Origin: Candidatus Hydrogenedentota bacterium
Lineage (GTDB): Bacteria > Hydrogenedentota > Hydrogenedentia > Hydrogenedentales > SLHB01
Direction of reading: 5' to 3'
Length of the DNA: 64,000 nucleotides
Assembly: GCA_045863335.1 (NCBI GenBank)
Contig: BTVY01000012.1
Coordinates: 64,001-128,000, forward strand
Part shown: positions 57,950-64,000 of the stretch, piece by piece
How the letters are laid out: each line of letters begins with the position of its first letter
Position numbering within the stretch: position 1 is the stretch's first letter
The notes under the pieces: generated by a model
Databases searched by the model: none
The model's input: the letters and a program-made list of their open reading frames with translations, nothing else
What the model was told of the DNA's origin: nothing
Translations under genes and position numbers: made by a program

Positions 57950-59074
57950 TCACCACCGCCCGCAAAACGCGTCAAACAACGCATCCAACTCCTCCGGCGT
58001 CAACCCGCCGCCGGGGACGATGCAGAGTCCTTCGGGTTTGAGCGCCGCGCTGAATTCGAGGACTTCATGCGCCGGGACGAAGACATAAAGGGATCGGCCG
58101 CGTTCCTGGATCTTCTTGAACATGGGGATCCAGGCCAGCGCGGACGGCGAGCCTTCGCCGGGGGTGAACTGGATAGCCTGGATGTCGGGCACTTCGAGCA
58201 GGGCGTCGATGTGGCGGGCGGCGCCGGGACCGTCAAGATGAAAGACCGCCCCGCCGATGGCGGCGGATTGGCGCGCGATGTCGGGGAGGCAAATGCTGTT
58301 GAACTGCTCCGGGCCGATGAGGAAGTTGAAGTCGCAGGCGGGCACGTAATACGGCCGGTTCGACCAGATTTCGAGCCAGTGAATGAGCCCCGCCCCATGG
58401 CCGAGCGCGATCCGGTATAGCGTCGTGAATGCCTCGTGCCACGCGGGATAGATGGCGTCGATCGCATCGCGGACGATCTCCGGACGCGTGATGGCGTCGA
58501 GACAGAGCCCCGATGAGCCTCGCAGGTTCAACAGCACGTCGGCGGACGCGCCGAGGTCCGGCGTGCAGACGAGATAGCGCCCGGCCGCATCCTGCGCGGT
58601 CAGGTCAGTCAGATCCCGTAGCGTTTTCCACCAAGGGTTCGATTCGTCGAGTTGCCAGTCCGGCGCGTTCGACCAATCGTCATCGATGAAGGCGTGGGTC
58701 CACGCCGTGTCCGCACCGAATTCCAGCTTGCCGCCCAGCATCGCGCCGAGAAACACAGGGCCAAAATCCGTACGGATGTAGGGAAGTTTATCGCCCACGC
58801 GGTGAATCTGGCGCAGGTCTTCCAGCTTCGCTTCGAGCCACGCGGACGGTTCGGACAAGAGATCCAACCGGCGCGTGATAGGCCGCCCCGGGTTGCCGTT
58901 CGCCGCGCCGAGAAAAAGCGGGCGGTCGATTGCGTCGTGATTCCACCACGCTTCAAATCGTTCCGCAATGCGCGGGAAATCTTCGCAGAACTCTATCGGC
59001 TGCGATGCGATGCCTTCCAAACCCTGTGCCCACGCGGAAAGCTCGTCAAGTGGATCATGCGCCATCGTATTCAT
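57950..59074 (-). CDS. Uroporphyrinogen decarboxylase/MtaA-CmuA-like TIM barrel protein
   Basis: AWW..DRP, LRG...CLD, CDF, FHLDGPGA.RH.D.LLE...AIQF.PG.G. Confidence 0.72.
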   Translation of the reverse strand: MNTMAHDPLDELSAWAQGLEGIASQPIEFCEDFPRIAERFEAWWNHDAIDRPLFLGAANGNPGRPITRRLDLLSEPSAWLEAKLEDLRQIHRVGDKLPYIRTDFGPVFLGAMLGGKLEFGADTAWTHAFIDDDWSNAPDWQLDESNPWWKTLRDLTDLTAQDAAGRYLVCTPDLGASADVLLNLRGSSGLCLDAITRPEIVRDAIDAIYPAWHEAFTTLYRIALGHGAGLIHWLEIWSNRPYYVPACDFNFLIGPEQFNSICLPDIARQSAAIGGAVFHLDGPGAARHIDALLEVPDIQAIQFTPGEGSPSALAWIPMFKKIQERGRSLYVFVPAHEVLEFSAALKPEGLCIVPGGGLTPEELDALFDAFCGRW

Positions 59075-59288
59075 GAAACTCCCCCCATATGCCCCAAGAG
59101 TCAGCCCCCTCAAACTCTTTCAGGCTCTCCCCATGGTGTTGTATCGGCGTCCGGAGAGTCAATTTCAACGCGCGAACCCACGCAAATGCTTGCGACGTGT
59201 TTTGATTGGGACCACGATGCCATGATAAGGAATCAGGGACAGGAGCGCGCCCACGGCTCGCGCGAACTGGAACGGAGGGAAAGTTGGC

Positions 59289-60629
59289 ATGTCTTACGGA
59301 CGTCTGCTCATCGTGAATGGTGTCGTTCTCCTTGCCGCGTTTGCAGGCGCGCGCGGATTCGCGCAACCCCCGGCGGTACGCGTCGTCGTCGAAGAGGACG
59401 TCTATTCCTTCACCCCGCCCGATAACGGGTCCAGCCCCATGTGGAGTTTCGGATGCACCACCATCGCCCGGCTCGGCGACCGGGTCGTCGTCAGCGAGAT
59501 GGAGACCGGCGAAGGCGTCCCGCGCCTGTGCAACACCAAGTGGAAACTGGCGGAACGTTCGGAGGAAGGCTGGGAAGTCTTCGCGGAAGCCGACGGGTAC
59601 CGCCAGCGGGAACCTTGCGTGTTGGCGACCTTGTCCGACACCGAGATTTTCTTGAATGTGAATGATTCCATCATGCCGCCGGGCACGGAGTACGGCCCCT
59701 GCGAGCCGCACTTGCTTGCTTTCGACATCAATAACGTCGCGGAACCGCGCAAGCTGATGCCGGAATGGGCGGGTGAAACCTATTTCACGGACCACTCCTA
59801 TCGCGGGTTCGCGGCCGACCGGGCAAACCGGGAATTGCTCATGCTCAACATCAACGCCAAAACCAGCACGGAACATTGGGCATTGCTGACGGCCGCAGGC
59901 GAAACCCTGGCAAACGGCGGCATCGATTTTCCCATTCGCGCCTGTTATCCCCAGGTCGCGCTGAAAGACCGCGCGGGATACGTACTCGCCATCGGCGATA
60001 TCGTGGAGCCCAATGAAGAATGGCGCAACTACAAGTTCGAGCAGACGCAGCAGAAGTGGGACTACGTGTTCCGTATTCTCTACTTCACTTCGACGCCGGA
60101 CCTCACGAAACAGGATTTCGGTGAGCCCATCGAGATTGCGAACGTCGACAAGACCGGCGGCCACATCTCCAACCAGGATCTGTGGATTAGTCCCGACGGT
60201 GAAGCGTACATCATGTACACCGAGCGCGAAGTCGCGTCCGCACTCATCCGCGATAAGTTCGTGCCGGACGGATCGCTCGTCAGTTCGCTGCACCTGGCCA
60301 TCGTGAAAGACGGAGAAGTCGTGCAGCGCAAGGTGCTCGTCGAGGGCACGGAGTCGGTCCAACCCGGCCACGCGCGCTTCCAAGTCACGCCCGACGGAAA
60401 GGTTTACGCCTTGCTCCATATCAACGGCGCCGAACACCCGAACCAGCTCATGCAAATCTATCCCCTGCTCGACGATCCGCCCACCGCGCCCGTGCCGTTC
60501 AAGACCCCCTTCGGTTCCTACCTGCTCGCCACCGTACGCGCCGGAAACGAGCCATCGAATATCATCGATGTCTTCGGCCACCAGTCATCCGGCACGACGT
60601 TGTCGTACGCGCAGGTGGTGATTGAGTAA
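59289..60629 (+). CDS. Exported hypothetical protein (beta-propeller/BNR-like possible)
   Basis: Signal peptide; DNGSSPMW, RACYPQV, WDYVFR..YF. Confidence 0.7.
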   Translation: MSYGRLLIVNGVVLLAAFAGARGFAQPPAVRVVVEEDVYSFTPPDNGSSPMWSFGCTTIARLGDRVVVSEMETGEGVPRLCNTKWKLAERSEEGWEVFAEADGYRQREPCVLATLSDTEIFLNVNDSIMPPGTEYGPCEPHLLAFDINNVAEPRKLMPEWAGETYFTDHSYRGFAADRANRELLMLNINAKTSTEHWALLTAAGETLANGGIDFPIRACYPQVALKDRAGYVLAIGDIVEPNEEWRNYKFEQTQQKWDYVFRILYFTSTPDLTKQDFGEPIEIANVDKTGGHISNQDLWISPDGEAYIMYTEREVASALIRDKFVPDGSLVSSLHLAIVKDGEVVQRKVLVEGTESVQPGHARFQVTPDGKVYALLHINGAEHPNQLMQIYPLLDDPPTAPVPFKTPFGSYLLATVRAGNEPSNIIDVFGHQSSGTTLSYAQVVIE

Positions 60630-60650
60630 ACATCTACGAATTGATCGCCC

Positions 60651-60861
60651 TATGGAGTGCGGCCGCTTGCGGCTGCTTTGTATTCGGGGCGTGCGGAGCC
60701 CTTAGATTGTCCCGAAGCGAGACTTTTTCTAGATCGTCGTTCAAACAGACTGGCTCGTCTGAACCCGATCGATGTCGCGCTTCATCAAACCCAGACTTCT
60801 ACGTTCTTAGGTCTCCATGTTCTGTTTGGTACAAAGCAGCCGCAAGCGGCCGCACTCCATA
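60651..60861. repeat. REPIN/MITE-like element with perfect 32-bp inverted repeats
   Basis: TATGGAGTGCGGCCGCTTGCGGCTGCTTTGTA 60651-60682; exact reverse complement 60830-60861. Confidence 0.88.
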
Positions 60862-60909
60862 CGGCGCCGCGTTTGCGACAGCCAATCGACGCCCCCTTTT
60901 CGAATCCCC

Positions 60910-61980
60910 CTACACGTCCTCCCCGCAGGCTCTTAGCACGGTCCGTTGCACCTGGTAGTCGTGTTCCTTGGAGTAGGCGAACTCGGCGCTGCCTTTGACG
61001 CAGGCAGCGAGATCGGCGAGGTCGCGGGCGTGGCGGGGCAGGTCGGGCAGCTCGATGTCGTTCCACCCCTTCTCGTAGCCGCCGGCCGCCTCGCTGAGGT
61101 ACATGCGGATTTTCGGCGGCTCGATGGGTTCGAGGATGATCTTGCCTTTGGGACCGACGATCTTGAAGCGGCGCGTCGGAAAGGCTGCGGGTTCCAGCGC
61201 GGCCACTTCCACCGCGGCCATGGCGTTCTCGTACTCGAGAACCGCGAGGCAGTTGTCGGCGAGCCCTTCTTCGGTCGGCGCGTCGTGCCGCAGGAAGGGC
61301 GTGACCTTCTGCGGCGGGCCCATGATGACGCAGATCATGTCGATGAGATGGCAACCCAGTTCCAGCATGATGCCGCCGGGGTGAATTGCCATCTGCGCCC
61401 GGCGTTCCGGCGGCAATCCCGTGCACATGCTGGCCTGGATGCTGTAAATGTCGCCAAGCCACCCTTCGTTCACCGCTTGCCGAATGAGATCAAAGCCTGG
61501 GTTGTAGCGGTACATGTAGCCCATTTGGACGATGAGGTTTTTCGCTTCCGCCGCGTCGAGCAGGGCTTTCCACTCTGTGAGCGAGGTCCCGGGCGGCTTG
61601 TCGATGTGGAGGTGTTTGCCCGCGTCGATGGCCACGCGTCCGTACTGCAGCAGGCGCGTCACGCCCGTCTCCACGACGATGACCTGGATCGTCCGATCGT
61701 TCAGCAACACGTCTTCCGTCACCCAAGGCAATCCTTGCAGGATCGGCGCATCTTTCTTCGCCTCGCGGATGGCATCGTCTGGTTCGCAGATTCCGACCAA
61801 TTCGAAGTCGTCGGATTTGAGAATCTCTTCCAACACGTCCAGGGCATGGGCATGATCGATCCCGATCATGCCGCATCGAACGGTGACTCGTGCGCTGGGA
61901 GCGGCAGCGGCCGAACCGGCAAGGCCCACCGCCGCGGATGCAGCCAGGCTCGATTGGAGAAACGTACGTCGGTCAATCAT
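60910..61980 (-). CDS. Tat-exported Gfo/Idh/MocA oxidoreductase
   Basis: DRRTFL; GKHLHIDKP, QMGYMYRYNP, GG.MLELGCH. Confidence 0.9.
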   Translation of the reverse strand: MIDRRTFLQSSLAASAAVGLAGSAAAAPSARVTVRCGMIGIDHAHALDVLEEILKSDDFELVGICEPDDAIREAKKDAPILQGLPWVTEDVLLNDRTIQVIVVETGVTRLLQYGRVAIDAGKHLHIDKPPGTSLTEWKALLDAAEAKNLIVQMGYMYRYNPGFDLIRQAVNEGWLGDIYSIQASMCTGLPPERRAQMAIHPGGIMLELGCHLIDMICVIMGPPQKVTPFLRHDAPTEEGLADNCLAVLEYENAMAAVEVAALEPAAFPTRRFKIVGPKGKIILEPIEPPKIRMYLSEAAGGYEKGWNDIELPDLPRHARDLADLAACVKGSAEFAYSKEHDYQVQRTVLRACGEDV

Positions 61981-61996
61981 GTTCGCTTTCCCTCCT

Positions 61997-63328
61997 TTAC
62001 ACCACATCCGGCACGGCCCAGGATTCCCGGTATTCGCGTTTCACCAACGCATTGGCCTCGGCATCGTCCGCGAAAGCCTCCGTGTCGGGATCGATGGTCA
62101 GCGTCCGCCCCACACGATACGCCACGTTGCCGTAGTGCGTGAGCAAGGTTGAGTAGTGTCCTTCCTCGATGTCCGCGTTCGGCCGTTCGCGCGAGCGCAT
62201 GCAGTCAACGAAATTAGCGATGTGATGCTCGTTGGCGGGCGCAAAGCGTCCCGGCTGGATCTTGACGGACTGGCCGTCCGCATCGAAGACTTGCCAGCCG
62301 CCGCCCATGCGCCCGAGGAACATGAAATCTTTGGTGCCGTAGATGTCCACGCGTGTCCCGCTGAAGGGCCAATTCGGCAACTGATCCGTCTCCCGCAGTT
62401 CGAACGGAGTCTTCTTCATATAGGGCGCCCACAACGTCTGTTCCAGGACCATTGTCAGCCCGTCGAACGTCCAGTTGATGGATTGCGTGTCCGGCGTTTC
62501 GCGCCCGTCGTCGAGCACATACAGGCCACCGGTGGAACTGACCGACTTCGGCAAGGTGCGCCCCGTCATCCACCGCGCGATGTCGGTCTGGTGGACGCCG
62601 TCGTTGCACACGTCGCCGCCGCCGTAGCGCCAAAACCAGTGCCAGTGGTAATGGAAGTGGTTCTCATTGAAGGGCCGCTCCGGCGCGGGACCCAGCCACA
62701 TATCGTAGTCTACGCCTTCCGGCACGGGCGCGTCAGCATGTTGTTCCAGCGGATCGCGCAGCTTGCTGTTCATGATGCGGACGAAGTGGATGTCACCCAG
62801 CGCGCCGGACTGAACGTACTCCAGCGCCATGCGGATATATTCGGCACTGCGGTTTTGCGTGCCGACCTGGACGACACGCTCATACTTCCGCGCCGCTTCC
62901 ACCATCTTCCGGCTTTCCCAGATGCTTTGCGACGTGGGCTTTTCGACGTAGACGTCTTTGCCTGCTTGACAGGCCATAACCGTCGCGGGGGCGTGCCAGT
63001 GGTCCGGCGTCGCGATGGCAATCGCATCCACCTCGGGGTCGTCAAGGATGCGGCGAAAATCCTGCACGCACTGCGGACGCTGGCCATTGATTTCCTCGAT
63101 AAACTCCACGCGGCTCGGGAACAAACGGCTGTCGGGATCCGCGAAGTAGCGGATCTCCACATCGTCTCGACGGGCAAACTGTTCGGCCAGATCCATGCCG
63201 CGGTCATGAATCCCCATGACTCCGACCACAATGCGGTCGTTGGCGCCTGCCGCGTTAACGGATATGCCCGCCGCTACCGCCGCCGAGGCGGCCGCCGTCT
63301 TCCCCAGAAATGCTCGCCGGCTCAACAT
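61997..63328 (-). CDS. Tat-exported Gfo/Idh/MocA oxidoreductase
   Basis: SRRAFL; ATPDHWH, GKDVYVEKP, VQVGTQNRS, YDMWLGPAP. Confidence 0.93.
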   Translation of the reverse strand: MLSRRAFLGKTAAASAAVAAGISVNAAGANDRIVVGVMGIHDRGMDLAEQFARRDDVEIRYFADPDSRLFPSRVEFIEEINGQRPQCVQDFRRILDDPEVDAIAIATPDHWHAPATVMACQAGKDVYVEKPTSQSIWESRKMVEAARKYERVVQVGTQNRSAEYIRMALEYVQSGALGDIHFVRIMNSKLRDPLEQHADAPVPEGVDYDMWLGPAPERPFNENHFHYHWHWFWRYGGGDVCNDGVHQTDIARWMTGRTLPKSVSSTGGLYVLDDGRETPDTQSINWTFDGLTMVLEQTLWAPYMKKTPFELRETDQLPNWPFSGTRVDIYGTKDFMFLGRMGGGWQVFDADGQSVKIQPGRFAPANEHHIANFVDCMRSRERPNADIEEGHYSTLLTHYGNVAYRVGRTLTIDPDTEAFADDAEANALVKREYRESWAVPDVV

Positions 63329-63371
63329 CTGATCTCCTCCCGTTTGAATTCCTTTTGCCTAACAGATTGGC

Positions 63372-64000
63372 TCATCGATCCTTTTCCCAGCCAACTTCGC
63401 CTTTTTCGCGCTCCCACCATTGCCAATCCTTCGAAGTGAGGGGCTCACCTTCTGATATACGTTTCCCATTTTCATGCACGGAGACCACCAGCTTGTCCGT
63501 GGCTCCGTGCGCTTTCGCACCGCATACATATATATATGACAGCTCCAGCGGCGACGCGTTCATTATGGCGCACAGCGCGAATCGAGCCTGAACGTTGTCA
63601 AGAGACACTGATACAACGCTCTCTTGTGTCAGCGCATCCGGCGGATTAAAGCCTTGATCGATGCAAGCCAACGTAACAAGTAAACTGTATTCAGTCGCAT
63701 CAGCTCTGTTGACTTCGATGCCAAGTGCTTTAAGAGCCTCCCAAGTTGAAACTTCCTTTACGTGGAGTGAAACCTGCACATCGAGGTTAGTCAATATCTC
63801 CTCTTTGTTCACCTTTCTCGGGACAATACAGGTATTGCCCAGTATATTCTGGACCTCAAGCAACCCTCTGCTAAGTTCTATGAGTTCATCCAGGCAATGC
63901 GCGAGCGATTCGTTCTTCTGAACGGCGTGCTTGACCGCGAACGGCAATTCCTCAACGGTGCTGGGTGTCGAGCGGCCGTACGTCGGATGTATCTCGAGGT
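63372..64000 (-). CDS. Hypothetical protein, 5' end beyond window
   Basis: Frame of ORF 63372..63947 stays open to window end; AT-richer codon usage. Confidence 0.6.
   Translation of the reverse strand, partial: LEIHPTYGRSTPSTVEELPFAVKHAVQKNESLAHCLDELIELSRGLLEVQNILGNTCIVPRKVNKEEILTNLDVQVSLHVKEVSTWEALKALGIEVNRADATEYSLLVTLACIDQGFNPPDALTQESVVSVSLDNVQARFALCAIMNASPLELSYIYVCGAKAHGATDKLVVSVHENGKRISEGEPLTSKDWQWWEREKGEVGWEKDR

Noticed and set aside
1-64000. CRISPR array, prophage, intact integrase or transposase
   Set aside because: No regularly spaced direct repeats and no cas, phage or recombinase motifs found

Overview
GC-rich bacterial chromosomal segment with about 55 genes, two tRNAs, no rRNA, no CRISPR array and no intact integrase or transposase. 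Gene content (DUF1559/H-X9-DG prepilin protein, DUF1573, carboxypeptidase-regulatory repeat protein, several Tat substrates) suggests Candidatus Hydrogenedentota or a Planctomycetota-like lineage; this is inference. Main blocks: (1) a cell-wall amino-sugar operon (GH1-fold protein, BadF-kinase/MurQ fusion, SpoIID/LytB lipoprotein, AnmK-like kinase) in which the GH1 active site is systematically remodelled (nucleophile Glu->Gly) and the AnmK motifs are divergent; (2) dprA, two PhyH dioxygenases, a toxin-antitoxin islet, a Kef-type antiporter and solA; (3) ctaB-sco-DUF420; (4) an AT-richer five-gene cassette of exported proteins around a 12-Cys small protein; (5) htpG, tilS-hpt; (6) a run of exported carbohydrate-active and hydrolase genes; (7) tRNA-Met, a hybrid kinase and a DtxR-feoA-feoA-feoB operon; (8) T2SS gspI/J/K/F, an acyl-CoA ligase, DUF1559, tRNA-Val and Gfo/Idh/MocA oxidoreductases. 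Several distinct REP/REPIN-like palindromic elements lie in intergenic regions. All calls come from reading motifs by eye; no database searches were run.
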